A stretch of DNA of 38,434 bases from NCBI GenBank assembly GCA_900088475.1, contig FLMG01001764.1, forward strand, positions 1 to 38,434. Reading direction: 5' to 3'. Within the stretch, counting starts at the first letter, position 1; each line of letters starts with the position of its first letter. Shown piece after piece: positions 22,478 to 33,459 of this stretch. Below the pieces are notes generated by a model. The model saw only the letters and a program-made list of their open reading frames with translations, was not told the DNA's origin and did no database searches. The position numbers and the translations under genes were made by a program. This DNA is from Hyphochytrium catenoides. Lineage: Eukaryota; Protista; Hyphochytriomycota.

Positions 22478-25400
22478 ATGGACCTAGAGATGTCTGAGTC
22501 TAGGGCAGAGGGAGCCAATGACGGCGTGAATGGGGATCAAGCTTCTAATGAGATGGCCAACACATTTTACAGGTAGGCAAGGGAGAGAAGGAAAACAAGG
22601 AGAGAGAGAGAGAGAGAGAGTAGAAAATTGAGAGGATACAGAGAGAAGAAAAGAGAGAGAGAGATTATGAGGCAGAGACACAGAGAAAGGTACTTCGAGG
22701 GACAGAGATTGAGGAAGAGGGAGAGGCGCGACAAAGAGAAAGATTGGACCAGCTGGGAGGGATAGGGATCAAGCTCCAGTCCTTGCTGACGTTTCCTCCC
22801 TCTTGTCGGCCGACTCTAGGCTAAATAGCCAGCTTACTGGGCAGTTCCATTTATCGCCCGTAGAGGCAGCCGTCAAGGCTCTGGAGCTTCTCCAGGCGGG
22901 GCCACCATACATTGTGGATGGTGTTGACATCACGAGCACTGTCGTCGGTGTAGGAACGAGCGGCGGCATCCCGCCCGCTATGGACAGTGCGAAACCTGAG
23001 AGTGAAGACCCTGAACATCCAGAAACAGAGTTAAGAACCCAGGAAGATGACGTGACAATGGAAGATGCCCCAGCGCACCCCCAGCCTCAAGAAACGGTCA
23101 CGCCTTCGTCATCAGTCGCATCTCCCGCAAATCCACCGTCTGCGTCAACACAAGGGACAGCTAGGGAGCACGGGCAAGGTTTAGATCTTTCCTCGATAAA
23201 AGAAATGGTGGAGGTTGCTGGCTCATTGGATGACTTCAAAGCGCTCAGAGAAAGAGTGTATGCCGTCTTCTCTTCCACTGAAGCCCTATCTGTGTCCTTT
23301 CTCTCCTCTCCCACCCTGTCTCCTCCGAATTCTGTAGATCTGGATGCGGCGCATGAAGCGTTCAGTCTGCTAATCTCTCTCGGAAACGAGTCGATATTGA
23401 ACTCTTTGAAGTATGCTTTGGAGTCACTGATGGCAAGTCTTCAGTACAGGAAGTTCGAGGAAGATGACGAGAACGGCGTGAATCAACTTCTCATAGTCAT
23501 GGAGTATCCTCTATTGCTGGACCCGTCCTATCATCGACACGTTCTAGGAGTCTTGGTGGCCATTCTATTTCATCTTCCTTCTAAGCTCAAGGAGCAAGTC
23601 AAAATGCTGTGGTCTCACTCGAAAGAACGCTTTGAGCGTATCCTCTCTACACTTCAGCAGTTTATCACAGTCCGTATTTATACCTTGCAAGGCTCAGGCT
23701 TGGACTTTGCCCAGCCAGACGTGATGTGCGCGGCCTCCATGATAGGGATTCTACATGAGATCAATGCGGAGAAACACTATATCTCTTCTGCAGACTTCTA
23801 TAACGATGCAGTCAATAGCGAGATGAACGTAGTCCAGGACTATAAGAAGTGGAGGACAAGAGAGCTTGAGAATCTCACAAGCTCAAACACTCCTTCCCAT
23901 CTCTCTGCTCTTACTTCAGACCAATTGGCTTTCTCTGACTTTCCGTTTATGTTGGACGCTGCAGTGAAGGCGAAGATCCTCCAGCTGGATGCACGGATTC
24001 AGATGAGGGCTGAGCTGCAGGTACGGTCCCCGTCTTTGCAGTTCTGTTACGAGAGAGACAATTGAGCTTCTGCTGTTTCTTGCTACCTTTTCTACGGTGC
24101 CGATTATTCTCCTCCTCAAAATTTTACCTCACTATCTTCCAAACATCTGTGTACGCGGATCGTGGAGCCTGACTGTGTGTGTAGCACCCCTTTGTGCTCC
24201 ATAATGGCGGGTCTCTAATCTTTTACTCTTGCGCTCTCTGACCCCTAGGATGCCATGCTCCGCACCCTCCTTTTGGGTAGAAGTAGCCCTTATCTCTTCC
24301 TTAGAGTGAGAAGAGACAACATTATTCAGGACACTCTGCAGCAAATTGCTTCCATATCTGCAGAGAACAAGAACGATTTGAAGAAACCCTTAAAAGTTCA
24401 GTTCGTGGACGAGGAGGGAGTAGACGAAGGAGGAGTGCAGAAGGAGTTTTTTCAAATACTCATTAGGCAGCTGCTAGACCTAGATTATGGTAAGGAAGCT
24501 ATGCCGGTGGGAGGACACACAGGGTCAATGGGGAGGTGTACAGAGTTAGGTCGCACTTGGTGAAGGAATGAGTTCTAGAAAAGAGGCAGGTGTAGCTGGT
24601 GGAAAGGTACGAAGATTACCGGGGATCCTTTGGCGCATGGCAAGACGAAAGGGTTAGAAGCTATAAGGGCAGTCCTTGCATGCTGTGGAGCGAATGGCGA
24701 TCCTTAGGAAGGAGTTTGAAGCTGAAGTAAGGGCTTAACAGGAGGATCAGCACCTGATATTAGACATGTCTGGAAAGATGCTCAACTTTCTTTGTCTCAA
24801 CAGCCATGTTTATGTACGACGAAGAGACGCGGACCCTTTGGTTTAACAGCCATTCTCTAGAGTCGTCTATGGAGTTTGAGCTGATAGGCATTCTGATGGG
24901 AATCGCAATCTACAATGGAGTCATCCTGGATGTAAACTTCCCGCCTACTCTGTACAAGTTGCTATTGGGTGGGAAACCCAGTGTGGAAGACTTGATGGAC
25001 TGTAAGCCGGTAAGAGAGCCAGGAGTTATATCATTTCGGTTTGAGATGCATGAGCTACGTCCGACGAACGTTAACCTAACAAAGGAACTATGTGTCTGAT
25101 CAACTTGCTCGCTCTCTTTTTCCCATATCGCTCTCTCCTTCTCTGCGCATTCCTGCCACGTAACTTTTAATCAGTCACTGGGTAGGGGGCTGAAGTCCCT
25201 CTTAGAGTATGACGGAGACGTGGCTGAGACGTTTGGCCTGACTTTCCAGATCCAGCAGGAGGTGTTTGGAGAGAAGTTTGACGTAGACCTTAAGGAAAAT
25301 GGAGCAGACATACCTGTCACCAAAGAGAATAGGCAAGGTGAGACTGAGATCGTGACGGAGGATGGCTCAAGGAGAAGGGAAGGTTAAGAGTGTGCAGATG

Positions 25401-26631
25401 GCCTGTGAAAGACTGAAGTATCGTTGGCCTTCGGTTGCATTTTATCTTCTTTTCTGGTGGAGCTCATGTTGTGCGCTTTGTACGCAGAGTTCGTCGAGCT
25501 TTACGTGGAGTACATCTTCCAACGTTCGGTCGAAAAGCAGTACAAGGCATTTCATCAAGGTTTTCATCTTGTCGCTGGAGGAGATATTCTCAAGGTTTAC
25601 GCACCTTATTATAAGGAGACCAAGAGATTGCCCCTGGCCGCCTTCCTTGTCTTTAGTACCGTTCTTTTATCCTATTGAGCGTCTCCTCTACGACTGGAAG
25701 TGTGCTCCTCTCCCTCCTCTCTATGGACTGAGTACTCTTACCTCGCCCCTCGCACGATAACCTTACTACCGTCATTTATTCCCCAGATGTTCGTTCCTGA
25801 GGAGCTCGAGCTTCTTATCTGTGGAAGCAGCGATCTGGACTTTGAAGCATTAGAGAAGGTTACACACTATGAGGATGGATATAACCAGGACAGTCAGTGT
25901 ATCAAGTAAGTAAGAACCATCGAATGTGAGGAAGGATCAATTTTGGGACTAGAGAGCAGAATGGCATCGGATATGGAACAGAATGGCATGAGTTTGGGTT
26001 GAGGAGTTAAGGAAAGAAAGACGCCGTCTACTGGGTCGTTGGATGCCCTCTGTGCCTTAAGGTTATTGCCTTTTAGGTGGTTCTGGAGTGTGGTGCACGA
26101 GATGACGATGGAAGAGAAGAAAAAACTTTTGGCATTCTGCACTGGCAGCGACCGTGTGCCTATCAACGGCCTGGCCAGTCTGACATTTGTAATCTCTAGG
26201 AACGGGCCAGACTCTGATCGGTGAGCGCTCGCCATCTCTATTCATAGCACTAAGGCGCTCTATATTACTCTTTTACATCCTCTATGACCTCTTACTGTTC
26301 CTTCTAAGCATTGCCATCGGCCTAACAGCTTCTTCCCCCTGCTATTCTTTAAATGCTTCCATGCACCTTCCATCATAATGGGTTGGGCCAGCCTTCCGAC
26401 AGCCCACACTTGGTAAGTTCCATGATAGACGGCATACCAAGGAACCAGAAGTTTCAAAAACACTGACCGTCGCTCTTCCTGCCCTCAACCTCTCGTACGC
26501 GGCACATTTACCTGAACTGACCTTCTCTCAGCTTCAATCACCTCCTGCTTCCTGACTACAAGTCAAGGTCAAAACTCAAAGACAGGCTACTTCTCTCAGT
26601 GAATCAAGCGGAAGGATTTGGGCTTATGTAA
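22478..26631 (+). CDS. HECT-domain E3 ubiquitin ligase, UBE3A/E6AP-like
   Basis: Exons 22478-22572, 22820-24020, 24249-24489, 24804-25009, 25175-25337, 25488-25594, 25787-25905, 26077-26220, 26392-26412 and 26532-26631 are all GT-AG and phase-consistent. Motifs: [100 protein letters not shown] and GFGLM*. Confidence 0.93.
22580..22745 (+). repeat. GA-rich low-complexity tract in HECT intron 1
   Basis: (GA)n run at ~22601-22620 with surrounding purine-rich sequence, inside intron 22573-22819. Confidence 0.75.
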
Positions 26632-26863
26632 AGCATGTGGGGAAAGCGAGGCAGAAGGCGGGAGAAAGGGAAAGCAGGTACCTGAGGACCTGGACCTCAC
26701 ACGCACCAAAGGCGCTCGGAAAGACTGAGGACCTGGACCGACATATCTCCCCGATCACATCCTATCCATGTCCCTTACTATTTAACGCTGCAGCTAGCAC
26801 ATATAATATTGACCTATCTCAGCTGCTTAGCCATTTTAGACAGGGGTACTCCTTTCGACATTA

Positions 26864-28016
26864 TTAGGCACATTTTGAAGCTGTGCTGATAGTTCCTCTC
26901 TTTATAAGACGCCGAAGGCTTTCAAATCTCTGCGAATGTCCACCCGTTGTCGTCTGCGCGTTCTCTATCACCGTAGGAGGAGGGCAGCTCACTTTTGTCA
27001 GTGCATTTTTGGTCTGAATATATAAGCAGCTCTGATCTTCATTTAGTTGAGAGGGCCTGCTGGTTTGCATGGAGGAGAGATATGGGCCTAGTTGTTGGAG
27101 TTCAGACGTGAGGTTTTCTCTAAGAGCTTCGTTTTCTTGAAGAGCCTTTATTCGTTCAGGGTCGGAGAGAGCTTGGGCAATGGCGCTAGCCATTCGCAGC
27201 GCCGACGGATCCACCATAGCTCCAATCTAGAGCGATATGAGGGCCAAGGGCAGGAGAAAGACCGGTGACACTTGCACCGACGGTCCTGCTTCAGATAAAA
27301 TCACCATACCATAGTACTTAGCTAGCAGGACTCCAACTGGCAGACCTCAGAGACGAACCCCAAAGGTAATTTTGAAGCAGTTTGAGAGACGGGTAGGGGA
27401 TGGCAGAAAGATCTTTATAAGACTCAGAGGACCCACAAGGTTCTGGCTGGTCCTCTTCCGAGCTCCTCCATGCTATAGCGGCGATAGCAACAGACTTTGG
27501 ATTCCCTATTTGACCGCGGTTGATTGCGAAAGTATAGAGCCTAAGGCAGCCGCTGGTTCCATTGCCAGGCTAGCGGTTCTGCTGCTGGTTGGCGCTAGTC
27601 AACCGCGAGTCAGAAGACTGACGACGTGGCTTGATGCCAACTACTAAGCTATATTTGGAAGAGGAAGAATGATGAGAGCTAGACAGACTATGAAGACAAA
27701 GAGAGAGGGGAGAGAACGATGGGAGGACGTGCCGCGGTCTGACGTCGCTCCCTCCTTCCGAAGCCATAGATCATCAGCGAGAGAGGTCAAAGATCTCGCC
27801 AACATCCTCAAAGTGCGACAGGCGGCAAGAAAGAGATTACGCACATTATGACCAATACCCTAGGGGAATTTGGGGTTTTCTCCAGGATAAGTTAGTGAGG
27901 ATTGGGGATAGAACATTATGACGTGCGATGTACAGCCATACATTGTCTTTTTCGGTTTCAGAAGCGTCTAACGGTCCTATGTTAGCCAGTTGTTCTGGGT
28001 CAACATCCGTGCACGA
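26864..28016 (-). CDS. Multi-exon hypothetical protein (5' end unresolved)
   Basis: Exon-like open segments flanked by AG/GT: SCTDVDPEQLANIGPLDASETEKDN | GIGHNVRNLFLAACRTLRMLARSLTSLADDLWLRK.. | LVVGIKPRRQSSDSR | LYTFAINRGQIGNPK..LLQNYLW.. | ..MVDPSALRMASAIAQALSDPERIKALQENEALRENL..ALTK | RFESLRRLIK..CA*. No family recognised. The junction near 27360-27227 is unresolved. Confidence 0.5.
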
Positions 28017-28770
28017 CTACAACGCACTGACGGTATGAAGTATTCAGAAGCGCGTGGTGGTTATGGCGGATCTGTATCTTTTGATTCTTGATCAGTATTG
28101 CTGCCTCCCCATCCACCAGAGAATGCGGGTTTAGGGGATGGGTTCAGAATGTGGATGAGGGACGGGTGGGCGATTCGAGAATATTCCTCGCATCTTTCCT
28201 TGGCTACAGAATCCTCTCAGTCAAATGCCTGATCCGATTCACACCTCGCTAGTACATTGACCCGACTCCCATTACAGTGTAGTCACAACCGCGCTCGCTC
28301 TGTCTTGCTAATCCTGTGTCGCTCTCTGCCTCTCTGTCTGGTCCTCTGTTTTTGTTTCCTTTCCTCACCTCTTACCTATCCGGCCTTCTCTTTCATGATT
28401 CTCTTTTTGATGCTCTGTCTCTTGGTCTTTCTTCATCTTGCTCGATTCTCTGTCTTGCTCTCAAAGTACCAGTGTTCACTCTCCTCCAACGACCGCTAAA
28501 TCTGTGACTGTCGATCTCTCACAAATCTGCGGTCTCGTTGTCTCCATCATCTTCCAAGAACAACGCGCTTTATTGCGTCATTCTTTGACCTTCCACATAG
28601 CCACATCGCGTACCAAGAGACGGTGACGAAGAAGCTGTCCACATACTTTCTTCATAAGTGAGATAGTAGTTTGAGATCGGCTGAGCTTCCAGGCTTTTGA
28701 AGACAAAGGGCGTCTTGGACTCAGATTTCGTCAACCGGAGTGTCTTTGAAGACCACGCTAGTAAACGAAG

Positions 28771-29420
28771 ATGGACCAACAGTGGGCTCCCCAAGGCTGG
28801 GACAAGAGGGCACAGCCCAAGAGTCAGCAAAACACTGAAGCAGCGATCAACAAGGCTAGAAGGCAAGGTGCTGCCATTCTTACAGAGAAAAAGTGTAAGC
28901 GAGCCCATGTTTTTCAATTTTCGTCCTTCAGACCACAGTGTGATTGGCGTCTCTTGCAGATGGAGCGGGGGGCAATAAAAGTGCACACAGCGGTGCCAGT
29001 CTGAATGCAAAGAAAATTGAAGAGTCAGACGAACTCAAGGTTGATAGAGTAGATCTGAGCCTCTCAAGAGCAATTCAACAGGCTCGTTTAGCAAAGAATT
29101 GGACTCAGAAACAGCTGGCCACGGTACGGCACCGCTGAAGATGTCTAACTGTTCTTCTACTCCGGTTCCAATCCGTTTTCTCCACCTTTTGTTCCGCTTC
29201 TCTCTCATTGCCTCTCGTTTTGCTTGGTCGCTCTCCTTAGAAGCTTTTGATGTCCATTGACACGCTCCTTTCAAAACATTGAAACTCTGTATAGGCCATC
29301 AATGAGAAACCTCAGGTTATTGGAGAGTACGAGTCTGGAAAAGCTATTCCCAACCCTCAGATCATCTCCAAAATTGAAAGATGTCTGGGTTGCCGCCTCC
29401 CTCGCGGGAAGAAGAAGTAA
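28771..29420 (+). CDS. MBF1: Multiprotein-bridging factor 1 (MBF1/EDF1), HTH coactivator and ribosome-collision factor
   Basis: Exons 28771-28894, 28960-29123 and 29295-29420. Motifs: [77 protein letters not shown]. Confidence 0.96.
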
Positions 29421-30204
29421 AGTATAAGTTAACTTATTATCAACAGGGATACATCATGTTGATGACATGTTAATGGGCCTTGCATGACACTTTCGTCGCT
29501 TAGTACCTCTAGCTACAGTCTGCCCCGGTCACTTAATATTCCTATCTTCAAGTCTACCCTGGTCGCTTTACCATCCTATCATTAAGTCCACCCCGATGGC
29601 TTAGCACTCCTATCGTAAGTCTTCTCTGGCCATCTATCGAGCCAGCGCAATCCAAGCGAAAATGCACGGGTACAATATGTCTTGGTCACGACCGTCTTAC
29701 AGTTCGGTACTGAGACCACTGCCACCCGCTTAAAGAGGATTCTTGCCGTCGTAAAATGCCTGAAGCGGGCCATTAGGATTATTTAACCCAGTCATGCTGA
29801 TGGACTATTGCCGGTCCACTGCTCTGCTGCCATTTAGAGCACTGTCGTCTATCCCTAAAAGTGTTCGGATGCATCGCGGGGCTCCACTTGTCAATGTTTT
29901 TGTGTAGCTCGAACTTGTTTGTCGCGCTGGCTTTCATTATAAGCTTTGCTCCAACATCACCATCTCTACATTGGCCCTAGCAAAGGATCGCACGTGCCGC
30001 AACGTGCCTCTCGCAAAAGTCTCGTGCGTCCTGCTACTTGCTGACAGCAACATTGCGAAATGTGTCCTCCCATCTTTCTATCTTATCTAAGCATTCACAA
30101 TTGAAACGCTTAGGATCTGTGCCACATCAAAACGTAAGAAGTCGCTGGGCCGGTCAATAAGTAGCTGGCTCCCGATGCTCCTATCTTATCCAGTGAATTG
30201 GATC

Positions 30205-32864
30205 TCACATTTTCCCGGGTGGGTGGAAGTGATGCCCATCGCTCGAGCTCCAATACCCAGTGCTATACAAAAGGCGAAGAAGCAGCAGCTCTCGAAGCAT
30301 TGAGAGACTGGCACCCGCAAGGCTCAGCTTGGAGCCCGGAACCTCAGTCCATCGCACAGGCACCTCCTAAACGAAGAGGTGCAAGCAATGGAGGGATGAG
30401 GAAGGGCCGCTTACTCTGTATCTCGTCGCCCCGCCGTGCTCCGTGCGTCATACTGAACCTCTGTTGCGCAATACCTAAGTCACTATAGCACGCCAATGTA
30501 TTTGCTTGGTCCTCTTCAGCTAACATAACCTCCTATATCCCTCAACTCTTTTAACCATTCCCTACCACGTTGATATATATTGATTGGTCCACGAAATCCC
30601 AGGTCATACCTTCACTATTATATGCTCCATACGTGCCACATACAGAAGCTCGACGTCGAAGGCCCAACGCTCAATGTGCATTGCTGGAAAGAGCTTTCTG
30701 GCGGCTGTCCTAGAAAAGAGCTTAAAGCCACATTGGGTGTCTCTCACGCCGGTAGGAGTCAAAGTGTTCACCGTGAAGTGAAACCCCTTCATGAGAATGT
30801 TGCGATACCAAGCCCTCTGCGTAGTCAGGGAAGGAGACAAAAGGGTAGCAAAAAACTTTAGGGCTCCTAAGCCGTCAGGCTGTGTCGTAGGAGGACTTGG
30901 AGATATCGAAAGCGTGAAGGGTGGCACCCTTAGATTGAATGGTAGAGGTACAGCAAAGTTACAGATACTATGGCAATGAGATACGACGCCGAGGAAAATC
31001 AAACGGCAGGTTTCCAGGAAGAAGAGCCGTTCAATGTACGATTGAAAATTCAGTCCCTCCGGTGCCATTCAGCCAATATGACTCCGTCTCTTTCTTTCTC
31101 TGCTCCACCTCTTCCCGCCTGCCTGATATCTGCCTCGTGGTCCCAAATCCCCCACATACCTTGGCCAGCGCCACATCCTCTAAATGGGCCCTGCTCCCTG
31201 CAACAATCAAACTTCGTGGGTCATCTACTGGTGGAATCTCCTTCCATAAAAGCTCAAGGTCTTCAAATTTTGTCGCCCCATCGGCGTCAGCCATCAAAAT
31301 ATATTCGCCAGATGAGCGAAGGACTCCCTACACACAGATTGTGATTAGTACAATCAAAGACTGGCAGGCGATAACAGTCTCACACATCACAATAAGAACG
31401 GTAAAGAAACATCAAGGAATGTATGGCTAACGACCGATTAGATCATAGTGCATCGTCTAAAGCGATAATAAGACATGCAAAGTGTTTCTGTCGGGAAACT
31501 GAGGATAAACTCTTTGACTCAGAGAGAGTCAAGAAAAGCAGAAGCAGTAGAGGAAGCAAGACCTTGCGGACAGCGCCTCCTTTGCCATTGTTCTGCACAG
31601 ATTTAACCAGTTTGATGGACGTTGAGGGATGGTCTGCAGCGTACTGAAGGGTGACGTCTGCCGTCCGATCCTTACTGCCATCATCCACTACTATGATCTC
31701 GAAGGAGAAGCTACTACAAAGAAGAGAAGGAAGAGCGAGGCCCACGCCATCTTGGTAAGTACCCGGGAGAGCTCCGAGTTAGGAGAGCGACCGCTTCAAA
31801 TATATAGGCGAGACCGTCTCGGCTAAACGTCTTTGCAATCATGAAGAAAGAGATAGGAGGCTTCGCTGCCCAAGGGCAGGCTCTCGTGTAGGTCTTTGCA
31901 AACGGGTCTCCGCCTTCACACTGTCCTTAGCAAACGGTTTCTTCCTCACTATACCTCCTTATATAATGAAGAGTCGCGGAGACCATAGTTACCTTTCCTG
32001 ATTCTTTTTCCTTTTCAGATAACGGATGGTTTCGTCGAGCATGACTGGAAGTCTGTCTTCTTCGTTATAGGCAGGAACTACAACGGAAAGAGTGACAGTG
32101 GCCTCGTCGAAGAGAGAAGGAAAGGGCACTCTGTGGAGATTAAGAAGAGGATGTGAATAAGAATATAAGTTACAAAGGAAAGGAGCCCAACGTATAGCTA
32201 GGAAGAGGACAGAAGTAGCGAACTGCACGGAGACTGGTTGTCAATATAGTGGCTAAGAAGAGGCTGAAGGACTGGTAGAGCGGGAACGCGTCCGTAGTAG
32301 ACACGCAACACAATCTAGCAGACAGGCCAAGAAAGTAACCAGACGTCGACGATTTGTAGACCTGGAGTTACGACAGGACTTTGGAAGCAGGAGCGGACAC
32401 CAGATGAAGAGCTGGATTTCGGCCCACATGACCAAACGCGAGAGAGCGGTTCTTCATGCTGTTACCTCTTTCCGGTGTGTGGCTGAAGGAAAGTACTCTC
32501 AGACTCGGGATATGGATCACTAAGGCTCCTTTCTAGCTGCCGCAACGGTCCCAGTAGCCATTGAAGGGCGAAAGCCTGCTTTGAGAGAGGCGATCCAGAC
32601 TATCTTTAGCGATAAATTGGCAGCAAAGCAGAGGAAGTTGTCCGCAGAAAGGAAAAGGTATAGAAAGCTTTCCCTTCACCTCGAAAGAGCTATGAGTGGG
32701 GAGAAAGAGCCATTAAAACGACAGCCCGAAGGTAAAGCAGTGGAGGCAGGCTGTCAGCAATGCCCAGGACTAAATAGTGCGAAGCGTCGGCATTGCTTGA
32801 GACAACTTTGACCCACCAGCAGCACGGCAGCCAGGACGAACGCAACACCGAACCCAGGCTTCAT
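30205..32864 (-). CDS. ALG5: Dolichyl-phosphate beta-glucosyltransferase (GT2 family)
   Basis: N-terminal membrane anchor [16 protein letters not shown]|AFALQWLL, then [102 protein letters not shown] and [21 protein letters not shown]. Seven GT-AG exons, with the stop at 30205. Confidence 0.95.
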
Positions 32865-33459
32865 GGCGCCCCAAGCTATACTGAACTATAAGCTCTAGCT
32901 AATGTGGCCAAGCACAGCTCTTCGGTCCTCCCAGTCCCTGGCGCCTTCTTTCCCTTCCCTCCGCCAGAAGTGAGCTGGGCCTGGGCTGAGGCTCCAACCG
33001 TTAGAGGATGCCGGTCGCGCGACTTGGACAGTGATGTGGTACAGGGCGCCCTTGGCCAGGTGAGTAGACTCTCAGCTTCTCAATGCTCCATTGATGACTG
33101 CACAGGTCTTCTTCCTCCTCACCGGCTATTGACACGAAGATCGGGGCCGCTATTGGGGACCGATGCACTGGTGCTGTCTCTCTGAATATATCTGTCTCTC
33201 TCAGTTAGCCAGGCATGGTAGAATAGCAATATCATCTCAATATCTCTGTCCAACTCTGTCTCACTCTTTCATATCTCTAGATCACCTATCAAGGTCAAAG
33301 GCCGCTGATTTTTTATGCTTCCCTTTATCTTCGTGTTGGAGGGTAGCACCTCGATACCCCAGAAGAAGCTACCCCTGTCTTCTTCTTGTCCATAGCTAAT
33401 GCCTCTAGCACGACAGGGAAAGCCCTCCCTCGGTAGGTGGTGAAGCACCTTTTATCCAG

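Noticed and set aside
28257-28507. Hydrophobic plus-strand ORFs resembling membrane proteins
   Set aside because: They derive from a CT-rich low-complexity tract that is probably intronic or UTR.
29421-30204. Possible ncRNA or small gene between convergent MBF1 and ALG5
   Set aside because: No tRNA, snRNA or snoRNA hallmarks and no convincing ORF; probably 3' UTRs.
30344-30532. Alternative ALG5 exon starting EVMLAEEDQ..
   Set aside because: The downstream exon [14 protein letters not shown] matches the ALG5 family C-terminus, and this segment does not.
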